Under the pieces are notes generated by a model, which did no database searches, was not told where the DNA came from, and worked only from the letters and a program-made list of their open reading frames with translations. Positions 7,952 to 16,867 of a stretch of 64,000 nt of DNA are shown in pieces. Source of the stretch: Candidatus Subterrananammoxibius californiae (GTDB lineage: Bacteria > Planctomycetota > Brocadiia > Brocadiales > Subterrananammoxibiaceae). The position numbers and the translations under genes are program-made. Position 1 is the stretch's first letter. Every line of letters starts with the position of its first letter. The stretch is taken from contig JAURAC010000004.1 in the NCBI GenBank assembly GCA_030586555.1, positions 37,800-101,799 on the forward strand, given 5' to 3'.

Positions 7952-9703
7952 TTATTTTACTTTTGGTAGTTTGCTCGGCACACTCTGTACGGAAACGATG
8001 CCGTACCGCTTTTTAACAATCCTTCGGATAAGAAACTGCTCGCCTATACTGAGTAATGTACTTGTTGTCCAATAGAGCGTAAGGCCAGAGGGCATATTGT
8101 AAAGTATAAAGGCAAAGATGATTGGCATAAATGCCATCATTTTTTGTTGGGCTTGCTGTTGAGGGTCAGGAGATTTTGGCGTCATACGTGTTTGTATAAA
8201 TGATGCAATCGTCATAATTATTGGAAGTATGTTAAGCATGTTGCCTATTACGGGCAGCGAAAAAGGCAAATGGGTTAAGGTATCAGGCCTGGAAAGGTCA
8301 TTAATCCAGAAGATAAAAGATGCTTGCCTCATCTCAAAGGAGAGTTGAAGTGTGCGAAAGAGGGCAAAGAATACAGGCAGTTGAAAAACCATTGGCAGGC
8401 ATCCTCCCATGGGATTAACGCCATGCTTTTTAAACAATGCCATCTGTTCCTGCCCCATCTTTTGTTTATCACCCTTATGTTTTTCCCTTAACTTACCAAT
8501 CTCTGGCTGAAGTTTCTGCATCCTGTACATGGACACCTGACTTTTCTTTGTAAGGGGGAAAAGAAGCGACTTGACCAGCAAGGTTAACATTAGTATGGAT
8601 ACGCCGTAATTGTGCGTAATGCCATAAAAGAAATTCAGTATTTTTATCAAATACTTGCATATTGCGCTTGTCCAACCGTAATCTATAAGGAAAACCAGAT
8701 TTCCATATTGGGAAAGAACTTCCTCTTGTTTAGGTCCTATATAATAGATATAAGCATGTCTTTCAGCTCCGTGGGGGAGAATCTCTATTTTAGTTGTTTC
8801 CAGTTTAACAGTCAGGTTTAACATATCGGAAGGTTCGAGCTTGGTGACCATCTGTGATACTGCGGCATCTACAAGTTCACTTGTATCGGGTTTTAATACT
8901 GCGGCAAAATATTTGTTATTAACGCCTGCCCAGGAAATCCCTTTTGACTCATTCCTATAAGGTGTTTCAAGGTCTGCTGGGTACTTTCTGTTCACACCCC
9001 CGCGTCCGACATCAATCCTTGTAACGGTGGCTATATCATATTTAGGGTCGCCCTCCCGAAGGATTCCTGTTGCAGCCGTAAAGGTGTATCTGGTATTAAT
9101 ATTGGAATCGCTGGTATTTTCCAAAATTACGTCAATATCTATATGATATTTGCCAGGCTGTAGTGCAACGCTCTTTGTAATTTTTAAGCCATTTTCCATC
9201 ATTGCCTCAAAGACAATTTTGTTTGAAGTTTTCTCTTTGACTGTATATCTGAGATTTTCGATGGGGTATTTCCAGTCAGGTATACCAATGGTTAAATGAT
9301 AAGGGCCATTTTCTTCGGATTTCAATAGCTCTAATACCTCTTTACCATCCTGGTCTTTGAATCTTTTTAATTTTGCAGAGATGAGCGCAGCGCCCTGGTT
9401 GGTCCAGAGCGTTTTGAGTTCGTCATTTTCAAGCACAATGTCCTTCTCCAATTCTATTTGGAATAATGGAGGACTCGTTGAAATCAAGTCCGAAGAACTT
9501 GCTTCCAACTCTTCTGTTTTTGTGGGACTTACAGGCGTAATCTCTGGCTTACTCGGCATTTCCTCCGCAGGTGTAAGAGGCTTCTGGCTAACTGTTTCCT
9601 CAGAAACAGGTTCCTGTGGTGCGTAATACTTTTGCTGTATTGCGATATAAACCACAAATAATACGCCGCAAAGCGCAATAGCAAGTAAGGCTTTTTTATC
9701 CAT
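7952..9703 (-). CDS. yidC: Membrane protein insertase YidC
   Basis: 583-aa ORF with an N-terminal TM, a large periplasmic domain and the conserved C-terminal core (LLVKSLLFPLTKKS, QPEI..L..K, GCLPMVFQLPVFFALF). Adjacent to mnmE, as in many bacteria. Confidence 0.9.
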   Translation of the reverse strand: MDKKALLAIALCGVLFVVYIAIQQKYYAPQEPVSEETVSQKPLTPAEEMPSKPEITPVSPTKTEELEASSSDLISTSPPLFQIELEKDIVLENDELKTLWTNQGAALISAKLKRFKDQDGKEVLELLKSEENGPYHLTIGIPDWKYPIENLRYTVKEKTSNKIVFEAMMENGLKITKSVALQPGKYHIDIDVILENTSDSNINTRYTFTAATGILREGDPKYDIATVTRIDVGRGGVNRKYPADLETPYRNESKGISWAGVNNKYFAAVLKPDTSELVDAAVSQMVTKLEPSDMLNLTVKLETTKIEILPHGAERHAYIYYIGPKQEEVLSQYGNLVFLIDYGWTSAICKYLIKILNFFYGITHNYGVSILMLTLLVKSLLFPLTKKSQVSMYRMQKLQPEIGKLREKHKGDKQKMGQEQMALFKKHGVNPMGGCLPMVFQLPVFFALFRTLQLSFEMRQASFIFWINDLSRPDTLTHLPFSLPVIGNMLNILPIIMTIASFIQTRMTPKSPDPQQQAQQKMMAFMPIIFAFILYNMPSGLTLYWTTSTLLSIGEQFLIRRIVKKRYGIVSVQSVPSKLPKVK

Positions 9704-9738
9704 TAAGTGTTCCTCGAAAATTCAGTTTTTTTGAACTT

Positions 9739-10122
9739 CTAAGTACTTTTTCTTTTCAGATACTCCTTGACTTCTTTTAAAACAAGTTCAATCTTGGGAC
9801 GAGTAGAGCTAATGACTGCATCAAAAAGATGTTTATGTTCTGGGTAAGTGTCAATTTCGGGATGATGAGGTGCATTATCATAGCGAAATATAAGGTCCCC
9901 AATAGAATCCTGCTAATGGTAGCGATAACTAAGCCATGAAAGAGTGTTACCTAAAATATGGATAGCTTCGCTAATTTCTAAAAGTGAATAATCACGAAAG
10001 CGTAAACGAATGCGTAAATCACCTCTACTTTCAGAAAGAACTTGCTCATCGTATCCTTCTACTTCTGAAAGGTTTTCGATAGTCCGTTGTACTTCCCTGA
10101 AATATTCAACGATGTTTTTCAC
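9739..10122 (-). pseudogene. TumE-like (DUF6516) toxin gene interrupted by one in-frame TAG
   Basis: ORF track gives 69 aa ending ...LSYRYH*. My translation past the TAG (9913-9915) continues in the same frame: QDSIGDLIFRYDNAPHHPEIDTYPEHKHLFDAVISS...KST*. The stop sits where this family has Trp (YHWQD), so TGG to TAG. Confidence 0.6.
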
Positions 10123-10349
10123 GCAATGGTGCTAAGCTTCTGCTCTATCTCCCGTTTCAAGTCCATGTAATGTTGATAATCTCCTGCCCACTCTATAAAA
10201 TCCTTTGAATCGCCCAGCTTTCCAGACTTGTATTGAGTATAAAATTCAGAAGATGACATCTGATAACGCTTTTCATATGTACTCAGTGAACGAACCAGCG
10301 CATCCAGCGCATCAAGAGGAGAACTATACGTTACCCTTCGTATTGCCAT
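10119..10349 (-). CDS. Small protein, putative cognate antitoxin of the TumE-like gene (family not recognised)
   Basis: 76-aa ORF with a 4-nt overlap onto the downstream toxin-like gene. No motif I can name. Confidence 0.4.
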   Translation of the reverse strand: MAIRRVTYSSPLDALDALVRSLSTYEKRYQMSSSEFYTQYKSGKLGDSKDFIEWAGDYQHYMDLKREIEQKLSTIA

Positions 10350-10357
10350 AGAGTACT

Positions 10358-10531
10358 CTACTTATCTTTGCCTTCTGGCAACTCAGCCTCGTCAATTAAC
10401 ATTATTGGAATGTCGTCTCGTATCGGATATCTGCGACCGCAACTTGTGCATACTATTTTATCGTTTTCCAATTTTACATCAGTTTTACACAGCGGACAGG
10501 CAAGTATTTCTAAAAGTTCTTTGTCTATCAT
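10358..10531 (-). CDS. Trm112/UPF0434 family zinc-ribbon protein
   Basis: MIDKELLEILACPLCKTDVKL...CTSCGRRYPIRDDIPIMLIDEA is the typical Trm112p-like sequence. Start chosen at the internal ATG (10531); the ORF track extends to 10603. Confidence 0.8.
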   Translation of the reverse strand: MIDKELLEILACPLCKTDVKLENDKIVCTSCGRRYPIRDDIPIMLIDEAELPEGKDK

Positions 10532-10627
10532 TTTAGTATCCGATCCAGAATAAAATTCATTACGGACAAAAGCAACAAGCAAAGAGTAATGAATTCCACT
10601 CATTGCTCAGCACTCGTCGCTCATTAC

Positions 10628-12196
10628 TTACTTTATCCTCTCCTCTACTAAATAGACGTCTCCACCTTTTCTGACAAGATAATGGAAACTGTCAGGTGAA
10701 TCAAAGATAATCCTTCCTCCTCCAAGTGTAACAATGTTATCGTATTGCTTCCCCTCTTTCCCATCCACGACTACAAACCGCTTATCACCAGTCCCAGTGC
10801 CATAAGCCACATGCTCGCTGTCAGGGCTGAAGACGGGAGTGCCTGTCATGACGGCATCATAATGATTCTCCTCCTTCCCATCCACAACCACAAATCGCCT
10901 ATCGCCCACCCCGGCACCATAAGCCACACGCCTGCTGTCAGGGCTGAAGATGGGAGTGCCAGCCATGATGGTATCATATCGCTCCCCCTCTTTACCATCA
11001 ACAACCACAAAACGTCCGTTGCCTATTTGAGCCACATAAGCCACTCGTTTGCTATCGGGGCTGAAAATAAGTGTACCTGCCCCAATGCCATCGTAATGCT
11101 TCTCCTCCTTCCCATCCACAACCACAATCTGCCTATTGCCTTCAATAGCCCCATAAGTCAGCCGCTCGCTGTCCAGACTGAAGATGAGCGTACCTGCCCC
11201 GATAGTATCGTATTGTTTCTCTTCTTTCCCATCAACAACAACAAACCGTTTGCCGCCCACTTCAACTACATAAGCCAATCGCTTGCCGTCCGGGCTGAAA
11301 GCGAGAGGACATGAACCTGCCGCCATGACGACATCATATTGCTTCCCTTCTTTTCCGTCCACAACCACAAACCGCTTATCGCGAACCCCAGCCGCATAAG
11401 CTACTTGCTTGCTATCCGGGCTGAAGATGAGAGTGCCTGCCATGATGCCATCATATTGCTTCTCCTCTCTCCCATCCACAACCACAAGCCACTTATTGTC
11501 AACTTTAGCCAGGTAAGCTACACGCTTGCTATCAGAGCTGAAGATGGGCGTGCCTTTCCCGATGAAATCGTATTGCTTCTCCTCCTTCCCGTCCACAACC
11601 ACAAACCAGTAAAAGCCTGCTCCAGCCACGTAAGCCATACGATTACTGTCAGGACTAAAAATGGGCGGGCATCCGATGCTATCATAATGCTTTCCCTCCT
11701 GCCCATCCATAACCACAAACTGCTTATTGCTTTCTTTAGCTACATAAGCCACATGTTTGCCGTCGGGGCTAAAGGCAAGAGAGTTCCCCGCTATGCCATC
11801 GTAGTGCTTTTCCTCTTGCCCGTCCACAACCATAAACTGTTTACCACCGACCCCAGCGGCGTAAGCGACTCGCCTGCCGTCAGGGCTGAAGATGGGGGTG
11901 CCAGACCCGATAACATCGTAATGCTTTCCCTCCTTCCCATCTACGACTACAAACCACTCAACATCCGCTTTAGCCACATAAGCCACCCGCCTTCCATCAG
12001 AGCTTACCTTAAAACTCTCCTGTATCCACGAAGAAGGGTCAACTTTAGTAATAAGTTTTTCGGATACTGTCCTATCCTGAAATAAATTCAGAACAGGTTC
12101 TGGAGATTTTTCCTCTGCACGGGCTGCTACTATGCCAATGCAAATAAAGGAAACAACCAAATATAATACTATACCTTTTCTGGACATTTCTGACAT
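10628..12196 (-). CDS. Secreted/anchored PD40 (TolB-like WD40) beta-propeller repeat protein, 11 tandem ~42-aa modules
   Basis: 11 repeats of FVVVDGKEGKxYDxIGxGTPIFSPDSKRVAY. N-terminal hydrophobic segment IVLYLVVSFICIGIVAARA. Start uncertain: 12196 or 12187, while the ORF runs to 12238 through a repeat element. Confidence 0.75.
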   Translation of the reverse strand: MSEMSRKGIVLYLVVSFICIGIVAARAEEKSPEPVLNLFQDRTVSEKLITKVDPSSWIQESFKVSSDGRRVAYVAKADVEWFVVVDGKEGKHYDVIGSGTPIFSPDGRRVAYAAGVGGKQFMVVDGQEEKHYDGIAGNSLAFSPDGKHVAYVAKESNKQFVVMDGQEGKHYDSIGCPPIFSPDSNRMAYVAGAGFYWFVVVDGKEEKQYDFIGKGTPIFSSDSKRVAYLAKVDNKWLVVVDGREEKQYDGIMAGTLIFSPDSKQVAYAAGVRDKRFVVVDGKEGKQYDVVMAAGSCPLAFSPDGKRLAYVVEVGGKRFVVVDGKEEKQYDTIGAGTLIFSLDSERLTYGAIEGNRQIVVVDGKEEKHYDGIGAGTLIFSPDSKRVAYVAQIGNGRFVVVDGKEGERYDTIMAGTPIFSPDSRRVAYGAGVGDRRFVVVDGKEENHYDAVMTGTPVFSPDSEHVAYGTGTGDKRFVVVDGKEGKQYDNIVTLGGGRIIFDSPDSFHYLVRKGGDVYLVEERIK

Positions 12197-12233
12197 CCTT
12201 TTTTCTTGGATTATTTCGCAAACCGCCTCTCTT

Positions 12234-12302
12234 GTCATGCCGAACTCGTTTCGGCATCTCCTTCCCTCGGGTAAAGAGACCCTGAAACAAGTTCAGGGTG
12301 AC
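12234..12302. repeat. REP-like double hairpin element (gtcatgccgaactcgtttcggcatctc ... accctgaaacaagttcagggtgac)
   Basis: Two short stem-loops (gccgaa/ttcggc and ccctgaa/ttcaggg) read directly. Intergenic, between scpA and the PD40 gene. It generates spurious ORFs on both strands. Confidence 0.6.
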
Positions 12303-12322
12303 AAAACGGTGAACACTGCCTC

Positions 12323-13063
12323 TCATGTTACCTTTGGCGTATAACTCAATGATATTCGAACGTCTAACGGTTCTGATGATTGCTCAACCCTAATCCTTCG
12401 CAACCTTACGAGTTCGAGCAGGGCAAGAAAAATTCCTATAATCCGCTTCCTTTCCTTGAACTCAGAAAACAACTCGAAAAGCAATAAAGTTCCGCCTAAG
12501 GCGGATAATCTTTCTAAGACCATAGACATATATACGTGTATAGGCGTATCGTCATCAACAATTGTTACTGGCATGTCGCCCAGGGTTTGCTCCATTAACC
12601 GAGAGAAGGCTTTCACAAGGTCCCACAAATCAATATCATCCATGAGAAACTCCGATTCCTGGCTGGCGAAATTGCTATTTATTAGCCTGGAAAACCTCAT
12701 GCTTCTAATTTCTGCCTTTTCTGCAAAAGTAGCAGCAGTTTCTTTATACCTTTTATACTCAAGAAGCTGTTTAACGAGTTCTAATCTTGGGTCTTCCATG
12801 TCCTCCTCTTCCTCAATCTCAGTAACTGGTAAGAGCGCCTTAGACTTTATATGCATGAGCGTTGCTGCCATTACAAGGAACTCGCCCGCCACATTAAGAT
12901 TCAGGATATTTAAGGCGTTGAGGTAGTTCATATATTGCTCTGTTATTCTTGCAATTGGGATATCGTATATATCAACTTCGTCTTTCTGAATCAGGTACAA
13001 TAGCAAATCTAATGGACCATTGTATGACTCAAGGTCAACCTTATATTCAGTATCCATGCCCAT
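12323..13063 (-). CDS. scpA: Segregation and condensation protein A (kleisin)
   Basis: YNGPLDLLLYLIQKDEVDIYDIPIARITEQYMNYL is the ScpA signature. Start set at MGMDTEY (13063); the ORF track starts at 13132. Confidence 0.85.
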   Translation of the reverse strand: MGMDTEYKVDLESYNGPLDLLLYLIQKDEVDIYDIPIARITEQYMNYLNALNILNLNVAGEFLVMAATLMHIKSKALLPVTEIEEEEDMEDPRLELVKQLLEYKRYKETAATFAEKAEIRSMRFSRLINSNFASQESEFLMDDIDLWDLVKAFSRLMEQTLGDMPVTIVDDDTPIHVYMSMVLERLSALGGTLLLFELFSEFKERKRIIGIFLALLELVRLRRIRVEQSSEPLDVRISLSYTPKVT

Positions 13064-13145
13064 CCTCCCTAAAAAGGTTGGCAGGTTGGTGAAAACCAAG
13101 CCGACCCAAGCCCACGGCTTGGGTGCCCGCACTTTGTTTTCACTC

Positions 13146-13775
13146 CTAAAAATGGATGCCCGTAAAGAGGGCGAAAAAAAAGGTTATCGGGGGACCAAGG
13201 ACCGTACCCAGGATTGAGACCCCGCCCAGCCGTCCTAACATAATAATTCCCAAAAGGATAAAAGGACCATATCGGCTGAAATTTTCATAGCTTGAGACGT
13301 ATTCGTAAGGCAATAATCCCTTTAAAACGTGCGAACCGTCAAGTGGAAATAATGGAATCAGGTTGAAAAACGCAAGGATGAGACTTAGTCTAACGCTTAA
13401 AAGAAGCATAGCATAAACAGGGTCAGGCAACTTCACAAACTCATATACCAGCCTGAAAATTAAGCCAAGAGCAAAAGCAGAAATAAAATTTGATACAGGC
13501 CCTGCAGCAGAAACCAGCACATCATCCCGACGTGGATTCTTGAAATTGTAAGGATTTACAGGTACTGGCTTACCCCAACCGAATCCTGCAAATATAAAAC
13601 AAATCGTACCAATGAGGTCAAGATGAGCAATAGGGTTCAGACTCAAACGTCCTTGTAACCTTGGCGTGGGGTCGCCAAGGCGGTTTGCAGTCCATGCATG
13701 AAAGTATTCATGTATCGTAAGCGCAAATAAAATTCCGGGCGCCATAAATAATAACGCCCTGAAGTCCATTCCCAA
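13146..13775 (-). CDS. Site-2 protease family (M50) membrane metalloprotease
   Basis: 209-aa polytopic ORF with HEYFHAW (HExxH) and a later NLIPLFPLDG motif. Confidence 0.8.
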   Translation of the reverse strand: MGMDFRALLFMAPGILFALTIHEYFHAWTANRLGDPTPRLQGRLSLNPIAHLDLIGTICFIFAGFGWGKPVPVNPYNFKNPRRDDVLVSAAGPVSNFISAFALGLIFRLVYEFVKLPDPVYAMLLLSVRLSLILAFFNLIPLFPLDGSHVLKGLLPYEYVSSYENFSRYGPFILLGIIMLGRLGGVSILGTVLGPPITFFFALFTGIHF

Positions 13776-14059
13776 TATTAATAAATCCCCTTATCCAATT
13801 ATTGTATAGAGTTACTAACCACAGGTTTTGCTCAATCTTAACATGAAGGAAAAGGATTGTCAAGCAAAGAAAAAGGTTTGTCTTTTTAGCATGGGTATGA
13901 TAGATTAAGGAAATAACTTACACCGGTTTGCAACTAATTCCAAAAGACCCTATGAAAAGACGAAACCTAATTATAACAAGTAGTCTTATTGACGGATTTT
14001 GTTTTATCAATTAATAAGGAAATTTCTTATTGCAGAATACTTCAATAAGGCGTTATAAT

Positions 14060-14118
14060 ATTGCAGGATTATGGAAAATCATGCAATAAGGATTGTGTTT
14101 ATTGCACAATCCTGCAAT
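14060..14118. promoter_or_regulatory. Nested inverted repeats / ATTGCA-TGCAAT half-site cluster upstream of fic (possible operator)
   Basis: attgcaggatt (14060-14070) is the exact inverse of aatcctgcaat (14108-14118). A nested pair aggattgtg (14089-14097) / cacaatcct (14105-14113) lies inside. Further ttattgca/tgcaataa copies occur at about 14027-14106. Confidence 0.35.
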
Positions 14119-14133
14119 TAAGGTTTATAAGTA

Positions 14134-15303
14134 GTGAAGCACACAGATTTTATAAATTCAACATCAGGGAACTGCATAAAAACATCAAAAGGATATTGGG
14201 CATTTATGCCTAATCCTCTGCCACCTCAAATTGATTACGACAAAAGCCTTATCAGACATCTTTCCGAGGCAGATAGATTATTAGGGGAATTGTCAGGAAC
14301 AGGAAGATTGCTACCTAACCCTTATCTTCTAATTAACCCATATATTCATCGTGAGGCTGTGTCAAGTTCACGAATTGAAGGAACACAAGCCTCGCTTAGC
14401 GACTTATTCTTCTTTGAAGCGGCAGAATTTGAAGAGCCTAAAGTACCCGATGTTCGAGAGGTTCGTAATTATGTTCGTGCTATGGAGTATGGGATTGACC
14501 GTTTGAAAGAATTACCTATATCCATAAGATTAATTCGTGAGATTCACAAGGTATTAATGGAAGGAGTCAGGGGCGAACAAGCTACACCTGGGGAACTTCG
14601 CCGTAGCCAGAACTGGATAGGACCACGGGGATGTCTACTTAATGAAGCCACCTATGTACCACCACCTATAAAAGAAATGGCACAGGCACTAAGCGATTGG
14701 GAAAAATATCTACACGCAAATCCCGATGAACCTCCATTAATCCAATGTGCCATGGCACATTATCAGTTTGAGGCAATCCACCCATTTCTCGATGGTAACG
14801 GACGTATTGGAAGACTTTTAATTACTTTCTTTCTTTGTGAAAGAGGGTATCTAACTCAGCCGCTTCTTTATTTGTCAGCATTCTTTGACAGGTTTCGAGA
14901 TGAATATTACTCAAGGCTACTTGCTGTTAGCCAAAGGGGAGATTGGCGGGGTTGGATTGAGTTTTTCTTACGTGGAATGGCGAATCAATCAAAAGAGGCT
15001 ATATCAGATGCTAAGAAAATACTCGATTTGCATACAGAATATCAAGAGGCGCTCGAAAAAACAACTAAGAAAATCCCGGAATCTGCCCATAGGCTGATTG
15101 ATGAGATTTTTTTAAATCCTGTAATTTCTATCTCTGGACTGAGCAAAAAATGGAATATGTCTTTTAACTCCGTAAAAAAAGGTGTGTCGAGGCTTATTGA
15201 AATAGGTATACTTCGTGAAGTTACAAAGAGAAAAAGAAAAAGACTCTTTATTGCGCACAAATTAATGAAGTTATTGACTTCGACAGACATAGTAAGACAT
15301 TAA
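14134..15303 (+). CDS. fic: Fic family protein (AMPylase-type) with an intramolecular inhibitory motif
   Basis: HPFLDGNGRIGR Fic motif and an N-terminal SSRIEG matching the (S/T)xxxE(G/N) inhibitory helix. The C-terminal ...GILREVTKRKR looks wHTH-like. GTG start per the ORF track. Confidence 0.85.
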   Translation: MKHTDFINSTSGNCIKTSKGYWAFMPNPLPPQIDYDKSLIRHLSEADRLLGELSGTGRLLPNPYLLINPYIHREAVSSSRIEGTQASLSDLFFFEAAEFEEPKVPDVREVRNYVRAMEYGIDRLKELPISIRLIREIHKVLMEGVRGEQATPGELRRSQNWIGPRGCLLNEATYVPPPIKEMAQALSDWEKYLHANPDEPPLIQCAMAHYQFEAIHPFLDGNGRIGRLLITFFLCERGYLTQPLLYLSAFFDRFRDEYYSRLLAVSQRGDWRGWIEFFLRGMANQSKEAISDAKKILDLHTEYQEALEKTTKKIPESAHRLIDEIFLNPVISISGLSKKWNMSFNSVKKGVSRLIEIGILREVTKRKRKRLFIAHKLMKLLTSTDIVRH

Positions 15304-15354
15304 CCGTTGGAAAGAAAAAATAGTAAAGTTTTGTTGAGCGTTTTTCAAAGAGTT

Positions 15355-16035
15355 TTAGGCGTAGAGTTTCTTCTCCATAATATACGCCTCCACGCATGAC
15401 GGCACAAGGTACTTTATCCCCTGCCCATTTTTTATTCTTGCCCTTATATCTGTAGAGGATATGCCAATAGTGGGTATCTCAACCCTTAATTGTGCCATCT
15501 CCGACACCTTCTCATCTCCAAGTATCCCTGCCAATCGTGTCCCAATATCAGGCATACTTTCCTGCCTATTCACAGTAACAAAATGGCAAAGAGTCAAAAG
15601 GCGCTTCACATCCTTCCACGAAGGGAGTTCTTGCAATGTATCATCGCCCATAATAAGGTACAATTCACAACGACCCTTATATAATCCTAAGATTGATTCC
15701 ACGGTATCAATAGTGTACGACTTACCCGTGCGCTTAATTTCAATATCGGAAATTTCAAAATGCGGATTTCCATTAATGGCTTCCTTGACCATTTCATAAC
15801 GGTGTGAGGCATCTGCCAAATCAGAAGGTGTCTTATGCGGGGGGTAACCCAGAGGTACAAACAACACCTTCGATAAGCGATGACAACGGTAAACCTCTTC
15901 AGCTACAATCAGATGTCCAATATGTATAGGGTTAAATGACCCGCCTAATATACCGAGCCTCACTTTCCCTCCTTGCGAAGGCGGGGATTGAGGGGTGGTG
16001 ATAAATTGTCCCGACCTTTTCATAACGGACATCAT
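15355..16035 (-). CDS. nadD: Nicotinate-nucleotide adenylyltransferase
   Basis: GILGGSFNPIHIGHL (HxGH) and ISSTDIR motifs. The first ~24 codons are encoded by a repeat element, so a GTG at 15963 (VRLGILGG) may be the real start. Confidence 0.85.
   Translation of the reverse strand: MMSVMKRSGQFITTPQSPPSQGGKVRLGILGGSFNPIHIGHLIVAEEVYRCHRLSKVLFVPLGYPPHKTPSDLADASHRYEMVKEAINGNPHFEISDIEIKRTGKSYTIDTVESILGLYKGRCELYLIMGDDTLQELPSWKDVKRLLTLCHFVTVNRQESMPDIGTRLAGILGDEKVSEMAQLRVEIPTIGISSTDIRARIKNGQGIKYLVPSCVEAYIMEKKLYA
15966..16002. repeat. GC-rich hairpin element tccctccttgcgaaggcggggattgaggggtggtgat
   Basis: Related to 39579..39630 (cccctccttacgaaggaggggactgaggggtggtta). Lies in the 5' end of the nadD ORF. 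Confidence 0.6.
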
Positions 16036-16261
16036 TATAGGAAAAGGCAGGATTATGTCAACCTAAATACATGTTTATTTTCCAACTGGGCAATGTCTAT
16101 TTTAGGGCTCACATTTTTGAAAAAAAATAACGTATCAGAAAGCGGCTTATATCGCAATTTCAAGGCATGGGATTGTTCGCCACGGCGAATCCCGCCTGAG
16201 GTGGGTCTGTGGGAAGTCCCAGGGGCATCCTCTGGTAAATGCCTCAGGCATGACTTCGCCT

Positions 16262-16552
16262 TCGGCTCGCAATATCCAATACGAATGTTTCATGAATAGT
16301 AAGGTTCTGACAAATTCTCGAATGTCACCAAGGCAGATAAAAAAATATTGTGCGCTCGACCCCCATGCGGAGACGCTCCTGCACCAGGCAATGATAGAAC
16401 TTGGCTTATCTGCCCGTGGATACAACAAGATTCTCAAGGTTTCCCGCACAATAGCAGACCTCGATCCGCCTCAGGCGGACGAAAACATCAAGGTCGAACA
16501 TATCTCTGAAGCAATACAGTACAGGAGCCTGGATAGGGGGCTGTGGAGGTAA
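16262..16552 (+). pseudogene. comM: 3'-terminal remnant of comM/yifB (Mg-chelatase-like AAA ATPase)
   Basis: [66 protein letters not shown]...[13 protein letters not shown] matches only the last ~95 aa of ~500-aa ComM/YifB proteins. No upstream part is present; nadD lies there on the other strand. Confidence 0.7.
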
Positions 16553-16554
16553 AG

Positions 16555-16622
16555 TTGAATCCCCCTCCTCTTAAAAGAGAACCTGGATACTGAAATAAGC
16601 AGAAATAAATCTGTCCCCTTTT
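16555..16622. repeat. Left copy of a composite repeat flanking the AT-rich island (36-nt unit A, 11-nt spacer, 21-nt unit X)
   Basis: A = ttgaatccccctcctcttaaaagagaacctggatac (16555-16590). X = gaaataaatctgtcccctttt (16602-16622). Compare 19158..19213. Confidence 0.8.
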
Positions 16623-16867
16623 CTCGAAATATGAAACCGAGAGGCAAGGCGAAGCTTGCCGCTTAGGTAAAATACACAGACTCTTGAAGTTTTTCTCTGG
16701 ATTTTTCATTTTTAAAGTGTCGGCCCAAAGCCATCTCATCTGAAATGACAAACTTTTACTACTTCGTTTTGTCGAAAAAAATATAAATTATATTGCATAT
16801 CTGTAAAGAAAATGTACAATATATGGGACTAATAACTCATTAAACACCATTAGTTCATTTTAAAAAT

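Noticed and set aside
10745-12085. Long plus-strand ORFs (189 aa and 248 aa) opposite the PD40 repeat gene
   Set aside because: They are periodic, low-complexity mirror images of the 11-module repeat (…HNHKP…AVRAEDG…). They have no start context or motifs, while the minus-strand protein has a signal sequence and PD40 signatures.
12072-12344. ORFs 12072..12326 (-) and 12132..12344 (+)
   Set aside because: Both are read through the REP-like double hairpin and the PD40 gene leader. The peptide LKQVQGDK/…VTLNLFQG… is the typical translation of this kind of repeat, not a gene.
15973-16449. ORFs 15973..16299 (+) and 16147..16449 (-) between nadD and the comM remnant
   Set aside because: They have no motifs, overlap repeat-like sequence and the comM fragment, and have no RBS. 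They are likely non-coding debris left by the comM truncation.
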